From NCBI GenBank assembly GCA_000004985.1, contig GG738853.1: a DNA stretch of 64,000 bases, one strand, 5' to 3'. This document shows positions 1 through 11,110 of the stretch, one piece after another; the first letter of the stretch is position 1; each line of letters opens with the position of its first letter. The position numbers and the translations under genes are program-made. Below the pieces are notes generated by a model. The model was not told the origin of the DNA. It made no database searches and was given only the letters and a program-made list of their open reading frames with translations. Origin of the DNA: Naegleria gruberi (taxonomy: Eukaryota).

Positions 1-77
1 GATCACTTTCATTAACCCCACAAGTTTATTATTTTAATTCATCATATTCATCCAGTTCATTACAATATTTATATTCC

Positions 78-3000
78 ATGTCAGATGGTTCAACATTGAA
101 AAGTGGCATGTCATTCACATCAAATGGTTTATTTACATTTTATCCAAATCCATCACAAATTGGTCAATTTAATATATTAAGAAATGTATCATATTATAAT
201 AGTGATAACAAGTTTACAATAATTTCACACACCATTACAATTCAAGTAATTTCATCACCTTCCAATAATGGTAATCAATTACAATTATTATTTTCAGATA
301 ATTTCACATTTAATTTATCAAATTGGAATTTAATTGATGGAACAATGAAATTACAATCAAATCAATTAAATTTATTCCAAAATAATACAATTTTAACAAG
401 TGTTAAATATTTTGATATTTTTAATAATAATAATAATGGTTTAACTTTTACTTTTAATTTATTAACTTCATGGACTTCTACAAGAGGTATATTACTATAT
501 ATAGATAAATTGAATTATTATGAAATTAATTTATCAAATTCACCTTTAACTATTAAACGTTATTTAAATGGTGAATTAACAATTGTATTACAAAGTACTA
601 AATTATTACAAGTTCATACTTCAAATTATTATTCAAGTTATAAATTATTTTTACAATTTACTAAAAATGGAATTTTAATCAATTTGGCTAAAATTGGAAC
701 ATTATCAAGTGATTATTATTTAAATGTAATTGATAATTTTACTAATATGGAATTATTTAAAAATATTAAATTTGGATTTTTTGATAAAAGTGCATCTTCA
801 CCAACTGTGTCCACTTTTAAAGTTTTACAATTTCAAGTTTTTAATGGAAAATTAATTCACACCAGACAAGCACAAACTTATCATGTTGATGCAACTAATG
901 GAAATGATTTAAATGATGGGTTAACAAAATCAACTGCTTTAAAAACATTAAATACAGCTCAATATCAATTATTACCTGATGATACTTTACTAGTTTATGA
1001 TTCTATTTATAGAGAAAGTTTCCAAATTAATAGAGAAGCATCAATTTATCATCCAATTACAATTAAAGCAGTTAATCAACCAACTACTACAACTACCACA
1101 TTTACAACAACACCATATACTCATACATCAATTATTGATGGTTCACTTGTATTAGATAATTCTAAATTAACTAAAATTAGTAATAGTAACATTTATCAAA
1201 CCTATATTAAATTTACACCAGATGTAGTTTATTTAAATGGTGTGAAAATGAGTTTAGCAATGAAACCACTTCCAGCTGATTTACAAGATGAATATTTTAC
1301 AGATAATTATATTCATCCATTAAATAATTCAAAATTTCATCTGATAATTTATTAATTTATTTAAAATTAGATGAAATGTTTAAATATGATTCATTTGGTA
1401 ATAGAGTTTCAGATAATTATTGGAATGGTGCTGATTTATATCATTATTATTATGGAGCTAATATTGTTTTCACACGTAGAATTTTATCTTACAATGCATC
1501 AACCAATACTATTGGAATGGAATATAGAGATTCTATATGGGGACAATTAATTATTTCAACAAGTGATTTCTATGCTATTGGTAATCATGTTGGTTGTTTT
1601 TCACAAGCTAATCAATATGTTTCCTCTAATAATCAAATATCAGTTTCATTGAGTAGTGATCCATATTATATTCAATCTAATTCTCTATTATTAGAAGTAT
1701 CATCTCTCTCGAATGGTATTAAATTTACAAATGGAATGGAAGGTATTAGAGTTCAAGGATTAATGATTAGAAAATTCACAAGTGATGGAATTCAATGTTC
1801 TTCTCAATGTAATAATATTGTTCAACTAAATATAATGGTGGATCAGGTGTCAGTTTCACATCCTCTCAAAACATACTCATTGATGGAGGTGAACATTCAC
1901 AAAATTTCAATAATGGAATTAATTTTGGAGGTGGAATGAAAGATTCAACTATTGAAAATTCCTACGTTCATGAAAATGTCAATAATGGTATTTGGGTAGG
2001 TAATGGTGGTTCCAATCTATTCTATTGTTGGAATATTCTATTAAAATCTAATAAGGTTGGACCACATTTTAGTCAACGTCTCCATCCAGATAATATTCAA
2101 TTAGCTAGTTCACATAATGTAACATTAGATTCTAATATTCTCATTCAATCAGGTGGTGATCAAAATATGTGGATGGAACAAAATGGTCTCGTCACATTTA
2201 AAAGAAATATTTTCATTAATGGACCACTTGGTTTAAATCATGCATTGAATTTAGTATTAATTAATAATATATTTTATCAATCATGGATGAGATATTCATT
2301 TAAATTTGAAAATTATGTTACTTATAGTTCACTTGTTGGTTTACAAAGTGTTTTAGATTGGAATCAAATGTTTAATAGTTTAAATAGTAGTACTACTACC
2401 ATTAATGGAAATGATTTACCTAATATACTTGTTTGGAAAGATTTAAATTTACAAATATCAAATAGAATTAAATCATATTCATCTTTTAATTTATTAACTA
2501 ATTCAGATAAAAATGATTTAATTAATCATTTAAATAATATTATTAATAATACTTTATTTATGAAAGAACATAAAGATTTAGTATTACCTTTATTAGGAAA
2601 ATCAAATGTTGCATATCCATATTGGACTGCAATTACTAAACGTGGATTATTAGATAATTCAACAGGTCAATTCAATTTAATGACAAGTGACATTTCAATC
2701 ATTGAAGAAGTTAGAGGTTTAACACGTGCTATTTTAGATGAATTAGTTTTTGATGGAATTTTATCAAAATCTTTAATGACATTTTATCCAAGAATTGTTT
2801 CAATTAAGAATAATGCATTTATTAATTCAAATTTACAATTACCAAATTCATCTTATAGTTTATTACCATATTGGGATTCAGATTTTAATTATATTGAACA
2901 AGGAACACCTTATCATGCAAATATTTGGAAAACATTGACTGGACCTAATACTATATTTGAAACATCATTGACCAATACTACTTTCTATTTTAAGAATATG

Positions 3001-3336
3001 ACATTGTATGATTTCCATTTAAATTGTAATAATCAAAATATTTCATTAATTGATAGAGGAATTAATGTTGGTGAATTTTATAATGATAAAGCACCTGACA
3101 TTGGTGCCTATGAATCTAATTGTAATAATAATAATTTAAATCCACAACCATCATCAACAACAAAACCTTCAACATCTGTAAATTCACCACAACCATCAAA
3201 ATCACCACAACCAAATAATTCAAAAATTGTTTCACTTGGTTCATCAATTAATGTTGGAGGAGGTATTGGTAGTGGTTTAATATTGATTGGATGGATAATG
3301 GTGATGATGGTTGTTGTACTCAACACAATGTTTTAA
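78..3336 (+). CDS. Large Asn/Ser/Thr-rich surface protein with parallel beta-helix (PbH1-like) repeats and a C-terminal membrane anchor. It reads as three ORF segments (78-1355, 1376-1939, 1936-3336) in three frames, so it is a frameshifted pseudogene or carries base-call errors.
   Basis: Three co-oriented ORFs abut with no GT..AG candidates at the frame breaks (one break lies near 1813-1834). Repeats of the form G-I-x-x-N-x-x-I-x-N-N occur (NGGSGVSFTSSQNILIDGGEHSQNFNNGINFGGG, NGIWVGNGGSNLFY). A Ser/Pro/Thr linker precedes the hydrophobic tail GLILIGWIMVMMVVVLNTMF. Confidence 0.45.
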
Positions 3337-3704
3337 TAAATTTATTGTTCTAATCCAAAAATGTTTGATTTTCCACAAAAGTAAATACTAATAATTTAGA
3401 AATTTTGTAAAGTTAATCTCAATCAAGAAGTGTAATCTATGTTCATCCAATATATATGCCTAACCAATCAACAAGATTATCAATCTGATGATCATTCAAT
3501 AAGTATCTTCTCCACAATGTATGGTCACTTCAGGGTATCTATTGATTTTTTTTTCTTATTGGTTTATTTTATCAAAATTTCCAATAATAGACCACAGCCA
3601 TCTAAAAAGGATGATAATCTGTTTTTGTTCTTGAGAAAAAAACTGTTAAGCCGTCTCTTTGAAAACCAAATAGAAAAAAATCACATTATATTCTGTATCA
3701 TAAA

Positions 3705-5176
3705 ATGTCTGTCGTCGTTCCAAAGGATGTTCCTACATTGGGTATTTTAGTTGGTGGTGGTCCAGCCCCAGGTATGTATTCTGTGTTGTATTCATAAATA
3801 ATAATAGTTGTGATGATTTTAATGTCATGATGATGCTGATGTAAATTTAACCTTACATACAAAATTTTGATCATTTCTATTATGATGTATTTCCGTGATT
3901 CCTATGATGATTAATATTTCCTATTAACAATTGAATAATCATTTACATATCTTTTAATTTAGGTATTAACGGAGTTATCAGTTCTGTTACTATTGAAGCA
4001 ATTAATAATGGATATCGTGTTTTGGGATTCTTGGAAGGTTTTAATTATTTGATTGCTCAAGATGATTCTAAAATTGTTGAATTGACCATTGATGCAGTTT
4101 CTCGTATTCACTTTGAAGGTGGAAGTATTTTGAAGACTTCACGTGCTAATCCAACTAAGAAGGCTGAAGATTTGACCAAGTGTGTCAAACAATTACAAAA
4201 ATTCAATGTTTCTCTTTTAGTTACAATTGGTGGTGATGATACTGCATTCAGTAGTATGAGTATTGCTAAGGCTGCTAATAATGAAATTCACGTTTGTCAC
4301 GTTCCAAAGACTATTGATAACGATTTACCATTGCCATATGGTATTCCAACATTTGGTTATGAAACTGCTCGTGAATTTGGTGCTTCTGTTGTTCGTAGTT
4401 TAATGTCAGATGCTCAAACTGCTTCACGTTATTTCATTGTTGTTGCTATGGGTAGACAAGCTGGTCATTTGGCTTTGGGTATTGGTAAATCTGCTGGTGC
4501 TCATTTAACTTTAATTCCAGAAGAATTCACCAATGAAGCTGGTGAAATTCAAGTTACTTTTAAGAGAATTTGTGATCTTATTGAATCAAGTATTATTAAG
4601 AGATTAGCTTTGGGTAAAGATCATGGTGTCATTATCTTGGCTGAAGGTTTATTGGAATACATGTCAACTGAAGAATTGAAACAAGCATTCGGAAATCAAT
4701 TGAAATATGATGCTCACGATCACATTATGTTGGCTGAATTGGATTTCGGACGTCTTGTTCGTGATGAAATGAGAGATCGTGTCTCTAAACGTGGATTGAA
4801 ATTTGCTTTCACTGAAAAGAATTTGGGTTATGAATTGAGATGTGTTTCTCCAAATGCTTTTGATCGTGAATATACTCGTGATTTGGGTAATGGCGCTGCT
4901 CGTTATTTATTATCTGGTGGTAATGGTGCTTTGATTAGTGTTCAAGGTGATAAGATGGTTCCAATGAATTTCGAAGATTTGAAGAATCCAAAGACTGGTA
5001 AGACTCGTACTCGTCAAGTTGATATTAAGAGTGAAGGTTTCCAAGTTGCTAAGAGATATATGATTCGTTTGACTTCTAAGGATTTGAATGATCAAGAATT
5101 CCTTGCTCGTTTGGCTCAAGCTGCCAAGATGTCTGTAACTGAATTTGTTGAAACTTATGGATATTTGGTTCAATAA
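3705..5176 (+). CDS. 6-phosphofructokinase family enzyme of about 425 aa with the pyrophosphate-dependent (PPi-PFK) signature. Exons are 3705..3771 and 3963..5176.
   Basis: Exon 1 encodes MSVVVPKDVPTLGILVGGGPAPG and ends at a GTATGT donor. An AG acceptor at 3962 restores the frame into GINGVISSV. PFK motifs present are GGxxAPGxN, GGDDT (Asp where ATP-PFKs have GGDG), PKTIDNDL (Lys before TIDND where E. coli has G124) and MGR. Confidence 0.8.
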
Positions 5177-5312
5177 TTTGAATAACTTGTAAATAATAAT
5201 AATAATAACAATCAATAACATTTGAAACTCTCTTTTAATTCATAAATTGGTCAATCGATTAAGAACAATGAATCCAATTAAAAACGTTTTAAACAATTCA
5301 ACAGTTAGAAAA

Positions 5313-5322
5313 TTCCCGCCAT
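5313..5322 (+). promoter_or_regulatory. TTCCCGCCAT motif (E2F-like) about 35 bp upstream of the lin9 start codon
   Basis: A GC-rich decamer in roughly 90% AT DNA; the same decamer recurs at 8381 and 14318. Confidence 0.3.
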
Positions 5323-5353
5323 CCCGCAACCAAACTTTTGAAAAAATAAAAAA

Positions 5354-8300
5354 ATGCAAACAAACGAAGGCTCGGGATCAGAAATGTCTTCTTCCTCATC
5401 ATCAACATCATCCGCTGCCCAACAACAACTGCAGCAACAAGAACAACAATATAACGAACAAGGTGAAGATTTTCCTTCTCTTTTTATTCGTGCTGCTTCC
5501 TTCTCCTCTTCATCAGAGTCTGACGACATAATTCCTAATCATCAACAACATACCACCCAACCAATCAAAACATATGAATCCAAGATTAATTATGAACATC
5601 AAATGGTAATTGATAATGAAGAATCGGAATTAAACTTATCGCCAAGGAGAAGTTCTAGAAAGAAAACGCCAAAAAAACAATTCAGTCCAACCCACAAAGA
5701 GCAATCTGATAAAAAAACTACACCTTCTAAAATACAGATTCCACCATCACCAATACAATCACAAGTTATTCAACATGATTATCCATTTGGAGAACCTTGG
5801 ACACAAGAAGAACTTTCAACTTTTTTAGAAGGGTTCAACAAGTATAAAACTGATTGGGGTATGATCAAACCACTTTTACCAAGTAGAAGTGTTTCTATGA
5901 TTAATTCACTTTACGAAACTCACAAAAGATTTATTGAAGCAGACTGTGGTTTAGATGTGAAAAAATTACAATTTCATGATATTCACTTGGATTACATATC
6001 ATTCAAACAACAACAAATGATTCCATCTCCTCAACCACAACAATTCCAACAACTTCCACCACAACCTATTCCACCAAGAGCAAAGAATTCTGCTAGAAAA
6101 CGTTTGCAAGATGAATTTGATGCCATCTCATCACCTAAGAAGAAAGGTTCACCAAGACAACGTTTTTCAAAAACCTCTAAAATAATACCTACCACCAGTA
6201 ATTCAAATACCCTAATTCCAAACTTTAAAAGAAAACAAAAAATAATAATGGAACAATTACCACTTGAAGTAATTGAATCATTCCAATCAGATTCAGATAC
6301 TGTAACATTAACAAGCTCTCAAAGTTCTCTTTCTGTTTCAAATACTGAAAGTCAACCAACTTCACCACCTCCACCACAATCCCTTCAATCTCCATTATCA
6401 CCAACAAGTGATCTTTCCTCTTTCACAGCAGCTATTGGAATGTTATCACCTGATAGTAAAAAGAATTATGAAAAGAACAAAATGTTACCAATCAAACTAA
6501 GAAAGAAGGGTACTCACGGTAATCCTTTGCTAAAATATATTCAAATTGCTAATGGAGATCAAAATGATACAGAATTGTTAGAATCAGCTCAAAATGCTGG
6601 AATGAAAATTGTAAAAATACTATCAAGAAAGAAAACAAGAACATTTTGCTCAAGTGAATGGTTTTACCCAACGATAGACTTTGGATTTTTCGAAAAGAAT
6701 GAATTTTTGGAATGCTTATCTTGCTTGGATGAACCATATAGAAATAGAAAATCCTTTAAAAAATCAGAACTTAAAGGTTTAAGAGCAGAAATGTGTAAAA
6801 AGTTTGGTAAACCAAGAAGATTTTCTCAAGCTTATTTAAAACAAGAAAGAGCCAAGCTGGAAATGAATAGAAGTTTTGCTAGAGAATACTATCAAAAGTT
6901 TAAACAAGTATATCAACTCTCTCAAGATAATCAACCATTTGTTCCTCCTCCAGTCATTATGGACTACCCACTTGTATCTGAACTTCAATTTATTGAAAGA
7001 TTGGCTGCTCCATTTAAAAAGAACGATCAAGTTTTGGTTTTAAATCCAGAAACCCAACATGTACAACTTGCTACAATAATGGATGATATTCCTCATTCAA
7101 AAACAGATTATAGAGTTAAATTTTTATACACTAAAGAGGAACGTATAGTCCAAGATACAGAAATTATGCAATTAGGAACTGTTTCAGTATTACCAGTTCA
7201 AAGAAGAGTACCAGAAATGTTCAGACCTGTCATTCAAGATGGAATTCTCCCACCACAAACTCCACCAAGAAAAAGCAATTATAGTTTCCTCTCAGGTGAT
7301 AATAATTTGAACAATAGTATGTTATCTGCATCCTCACCACATTCCCCATTCTTTTCGAATAATCATCCAATTTTCCAAAGTCCTCCGTCATCAGCCAATG
7401 ATATTCATGATAATGGGGCTTCATTACAAACCCCAACAAAGAAACAAAAACTGGATGGTGGGTTAATGTCACCAAGTAATATATTTGCAAGTCCAAATAT
7501 GGAGAGTCATGAATTTTCTAATCCATTATCCTCTCCACAACACGGATTTGCTCAAAATCAACCACCTCCAGTTATGGCTACTGGTATTGTTGATCTTTCA
7601 AATCCATCTCAAGAAGTTGTTAGAAATATTTCCAAATGCATATTTTTATTAAGAAAGAAACATGAACACATGGTATTATTTAAAAATTTGAATGAAAAGG
7701 CGAGACATGCCATGATGAAACACTCTTTAGCTATGGCCTCATCTAATACATCAGAAGAAGGATCAAGCTCTTCTGTGACTCCAATAATATTTCAAAAATC
7801 ATTCTGTATTGAATATACCAAATTGGTACTTGATTTGAGTAAGATTAATAATGAATTGGAAGTTTTATTACCTCAAGTTAGAAGCTACAGTTCAACTCCA
7901 AATTATGCAACAACTAATTATCCTATCCATAGTATTTTTTCTCAATCAATCACAAAACAATCAACTTTCCTTTTCCAAAAACAAACAAATGGACCAGCAA
8001 GACAACAAATGTGTCAAGATATATTTGAGTCAAATAGAAATCATGCTAAAGATATTGTAAATTGTGTAATGGCTCAATTATTAACACAACTTCCATCCAC
8101 TACCTCTGAAAATGGTAAAACACTTTCATCAAATGTTATACAAACATGTCATGGAAAGATTGGAGATTGTATTGCTTTACTATTGCATTTAAGAGCTTGT
8201 AGTATTAATCTTGGTATTTTAGAAAATAATGATATTGATCTAATGCTTGATGCTGGTTTAATGGCATTGAAAGAACCAAATCAATCTGATGAAATATCTC

Positions 8301-8356
8301 AATATATTACTTTCATCAAGGATACTTTCTTGAGGACAAGAAATGATGAACAATAA
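5354..8356 (+). CDS. lin9: LIN9/ALY-type DIRP-domain protein (MuvB/DREAM complex subunit homolog) with an N-terminal Myb/SANT-like domain; 1000 aa
   Basis: The DIRP core SEWFYPTIDFGFFEKNEFLECLSCLDEPYRNRKSFKKSELKGLRAEMCKKFGKPRRFSQAYLKQERAKL aligns to human LIN9 EWFYSNID...GKPRRCSSAF..EER. The N-terminal WTQEELSTFLEGFNKYKTDWGMI is SANT-like, as in plant ALY proteins. Single long ORF. Confidence 0.7.
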   Translation: MQTNEGSGSEMSSSSSSTSSAAQQQLQQQEQQYNEQGEDFPSLFIRAASFSSSSESDDIIPNHQQHTTQPIKTYESKINYEHQMVIDNEESELNLSPRRSSRKKTPKKQFSPTHKEQSDKKTTPSKIQIPPSPIQSQVIQHDYPFGEPWTQEELSTFLEGFNKYKTDWGMIKPLLPSRSVSMINSLYETHKRFIEADCGLDVKKLQFHDIHLDYISFKQQQMIPSPQPQQFQQLPPQPIPPRAKNSARKRLQDEFDAISSPKKKGSPRQRFSKTSKIIPTTSNSNTLIPNFKRKQKIIMEQLPLEVIESFQSDSDTVTLTSSQSSLSVSNTESQPTSPPPPQSLQSPLSPTSDLSSFTAAIGMLSPDSKKNYEKNKMLPIKLRKKGTHGNPLLKYIQIANGDQNDTELLESAQNAGMKIVKILSRKKTRTFCSSEWFYPTIDFGFFEKNEFLECLSCLDEPYRNRKSFKKSELKGLRAEMCKKFGKPRRFSQAYLKQERAKLEMNRSFAREYYQKFKQVYQLSQDNQPFVPPPVIMDYPLVSELQFIERLAAPFKKNDQVLVLNPETQHVQLATIMDDIPHSKTDYRVKFLYTKEERIVQDTEIMQLGTVSVLPVQRRVPEMFRPVIQDGILPPQTPPRKSNYSFLSGDNNLNNSMLSASSPHSPFFSNNHPIFQSPPSSANDIHDNGASLQTPTKKQKLDGGLMSPSNIFASPNMESHEFSNPLSSPQHGFAQNQPPPVMATGIVDLSNPSQEVVRNISKCIFLLRKKHEHMVLFKNLNEKARHAMMKHSLAMASSNTSEEGSSSSVTPIIFQKSFCIEYTKLVLDLSKINNELEVLLPQVRSYSSTPNYATTNYPIHSIFSQSITKQSTFLFQKQTNGPARQQMCQDIFESNRNHAKDIVNCVMAQLLTQLPSTTSENGKTLSSNVIQTCHGKIGDCIALLLHLRACSINLGILENNDIDLMLDAGLMALKEPNQSDEISQYITFIKDTFLRTRNDEQ

Positions 8357-8380
8357 AAATTTGATGTCTTTTTAATTCTC

Positions 8381-8390
8381 TTCCCGCCAT
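8381..8390 (+). promoter_or_regulatory. TTCCCGCCAT motif about 80 bp upstream of the 8472 gene
   Basis: Identical decamer to the ones at 5313 and 14318. Confidence 0.3.
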
Positions 8391-8471
8391 TTTAAAAAAT
8401 AACTGTTTTCTAAATTACAACTTTCAGCGCCAAAATTTTAATTTAGCTTTAAAAAAAAATTAAGGGTCTGA

Positions 8472-10607
8472 ATGTCATCATCATCTTCGTCAAGTAGAGA
8501 AGGGAAAATTAAGAAAAGCCTTCCACCTAAGATACACCAATCTCCAAATAGCAGCAGCAGTAGCAGTAGCAGCTATGGTAGTGATGATAGTTTTACTACA
8601 AATTCATCACTAGTAACTTCTAGTTTGGCTGCAGATTCGGAAGAAATTAATTATGCTGCTAATACATCAACAAGTCATTTGACAACAACACACCGTTCCG
8701 GAAGTGGATCTGATTCTGATTCTGAATTTCTACCATCTTCAAAACCACAAATTCCACCTTCAAATAAGAATATTTTCAATCCACCTTCATCAATATCATC
8801 TGAAAAACCACCTTTACATTATGTTCATAAGCATTACCATCACTATACTGATACAAGCCAAAATTCAAAATTATCTGGAGCTTCACAATCCTTGAGATCA
8901 TCTGTTTCCACCTCAACTAGTTCTTCCTCAAAGATTCATCAAACAAATATTGATAGTATATCCTCATCATCTCTTTCTTCTTCTTCAAGGAGAATGGGAC
9001 AAGGAGTAGCGCCACCATCTTCAACTTTATCAAGTACAATTCTTACAAATACCACGGCTGCCTCGCCACCAATGCAACACGACAGTAAAGCTATTTTGTC
9101 TGCTCTTCAGTCACTGCAAGAAAAGATCAAAACATTGCAAACAAGAGTTGATGAATTGGAAAGAGAAAAAGTTGAACAAAGGCATAGATATGAACAGGAA
9201 CTGTTTTCACTCAAAATGAAGTTAGAAAGTGAAAGAGATTCCTACAAGGAACAATTGGATATCACTCGTACTGAATGTAAAAGATATAGTGATAAATTGA
9301 CTGAAACTGAAAAGGAGCTAACTCAATGTAAAGATTCTAGAAGAGAAATCAGTACCAATAATAGTAAATCTCAACAGAGAACTCTTGAGCTTGAAAGAAA
9401 ATCCAATACACTTGAAACAGAATTGCTAGATCTTAAAGAAAATCACTCTAGGTTGAATAATCTTTATGAACAATCTTTGAATAAGATTGAAGAACTCCAA
9501 TCTAATTTGGTTAAATATCATAGAAGAAAGGAGAGATTAGAAGTTGAAAAGAAAGAGCTTGATACTGCTCTTAAGGAAATGATTGACCTTCACCAACAAT
9601 TTGTTAATCAAACACTAGGAGAACAAACTACTCAAAACCATATGTCTTCATCTCAACACATTCATCATCAACAACAACAATATGTTTCAAATAATCATCA
9701 CAATCATGTCCATAATTCAAACACTATCAAATCATCTCCTATGGTTCAACAACCAGCTATAATACCACAACAAACAATAAGCCCACCACCTAGATCATCC
9801 TCCCCAACAATGGATAAGAAAAAGAAGAAGTTAGCAAGCTTGGCACGTCCTAAATCTGCTGGTGTTCTCCAACCAACAATAAGCTCTTCAAGAAAGAAAA
9901 GAAGAGAACAAACTTCTAAGAGAATGACAGCTGTTCACTACTCAACCAATCAAATTCCTGTGAGTAGTTCCGCCCAACAACAACTACAACAACCATATGT
10001 TAATCAATCTGCTACAAATATAATTTCTAAGCTTTCCTTAAATAAGAACCTTCATGAGAGACTTAAAAAGTCCAATAACAATACTGCACCACCTTTCTTG
10101 CCTAATAGCTTTAACAGCAATTCTAGGACCTTCCACGCTGCAGGACAAGCTCAGAATCTTCTAAGCACAACAGTTGGAATTGGTAAAAAAGAATCCACAA
10201 ATTATTACGGAGCCAACGAACACGCTCAGGACAGAGAGCATATTCAAGTTCTGAGAGAGGTTGATGCATTCAACAGTGGTGAAGAAATAAGGGATTGTAT
10301 CGCTCAACTCGAAGAAGAATATTTACAATCTCAGGAACAGTACAAGCTCTACTTGAGTAAGCTGTCTGAACCAGAAGTGAATATTGATTTTGTCAAGGAA
10401 CAACTCAAATATTTGACAGAGTCAATGGATAGAAAGAATAAGCAACTGAATACTTTGAAGACTTATCATTTGAGTGTTTGCGAAAGAATTCGAGATGCAA
10501 CATCACCACCAAAAATTAGGGGTAGTGAAAAGAGAGTTCAAGCTCTTCGATTGTTTAATGACTTGAGAAAATTACAACAGCAAGGAACTGTTGCAAATCA
10601 CTGCTAG
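8472..10607 (+). CDS. Ser-rich coiled-coil protein, 711 aa, function unknown
   Basis: Single ORF with poly-Ser N-terminus, a central heptad-rich segment (LQEKIKTLQTRVDELEREKVEQRHRYEQELFSLKMKLESERD...) and Dictyostelium codon usage. Confidence 0.55.
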   Translation: MSSSSSSSREGKIKKSLPPKIHQSPNSSSSSSSSYGSDDSFTTNSSLVTSSLAADSEEINYAANTSTSHLTTTHRSGSGSDSDSEFLPSSKPQIPPSNKNIFNPPSSISSEKPPLHYVHKHYHHYTDTSQNSKLSGASQSLRSSVSTSTSSSSKIHQTNIDSISSSSLSSSSRRMGQGVAPPSSTLSSTILTNTTAASPPMQHDSKAILSALQSLQEKIKTLQTRVDELEREKVEQRHRYEQELFSLKMKLESERDSYKEQLDITRTECKRYSDKLTETEKELTQCKDSRREISTNNSKSQQRTLELERKSNTLETELLDLKENHSRLNNLYEQSLNKIEELQSNLVKYHRRKERLEVEKKELDTALKEMIDLHQQFVNQTLGEQTTQNHMSSSQHIHHQQQQYVSNNHHNHVHNSNTIKSSPMVQQPAIIPQQTISPPPRSSSPTMDKKKKKLASLARPKSAGVLQPTISSSRKKRREQTSKRMTAVHYSTNQIPVSSSAQQQLQQPYVNQSATNIISKLSLNKNLHERLKKSNNNTAPPFLPNSFNSNSRTFHAAGQAQNLLSTTVGIGKKESTNYYGANEHAQDREHIQVLREVDAFNSGEEIRDCIAQLEEEYLQSQEQYKLYLSKLSEPEVNIDFVKEQLKYLTESMDRKNKQLNTLKTYHLSVCERIRDATSPPKIRGSEKRVQALRLFNDLRKLQQQGTVANHC

Positions 10608-10723
10608 TCAATGTATATCATCTATCAATGTTCAAGAGAGAACTTTAAATAAAGAAAGCATTTAAAAATTTACAACCTTGTAAATATTTCAATGGTTATC
10701 AAGTCTTCTATGCATTCAAGTAT

Positions 10724-10764
10724 AGATGTAAAAACGTTCAGCAGCTGCTAACGTTTTTACATCT
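10724..10764. repeat. Perfect 15-bp-stem hairpin (agatgtaaaaacgtt / aacgtttttacatct) with a palindromic loop cagcagctgct, about 120 bp downstream of the 8472 gene stop
   Basis: Read directly; stem arms are exact reverse complements. Confidence 0.6.
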
Positions 10765-11110
10765 GTGTTGTATCTCCCATCCTTCTCTCTCACTATTATC
10801 TAATATCTGAAAAGGACATCAAAAGAGTCATTTTTGGCTCCTAGCCTTAGTTTTATTTAAAAAAATAGCTCTACTACAGCATCAGCAGGTTTTTTTGAGC
10901 ACCAGCTACAACAAACTAGTACAAAACCTTCCTAACTTTCTCTAACTCTAAATTGTACAAAGTATGTAATATTATTAATTTAATAGTAGTGATTGTAATG
11001 ATTATCTTTATATTCCGTTATTTAAATAATTTTGCACTTCATCTTTTTCATCATCATTAATACAACAACAATAATAATAACAATAACAACAATAATAACA
11101 AAACAATAGA

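Noticed and set aside
3439-3750. 103-aa ORF upstream of and overlapping PFK exon 1
   Set aside because: AT-rich promoter DNA read through by chance; it overlaps the real first exon in another frame and has no protein-like features
5247-5531. ORFs 5247-5531 (+) and 5305-5529 (-) at the lin9 5' end
   Set aside because: Overlap the lin9 start in other frames; poly-Ser/Gln codon shadows
8704-8895. 63-aa ORF inside the Ser-rich region of the 8472 gene
   Set aside because: Frame shadow
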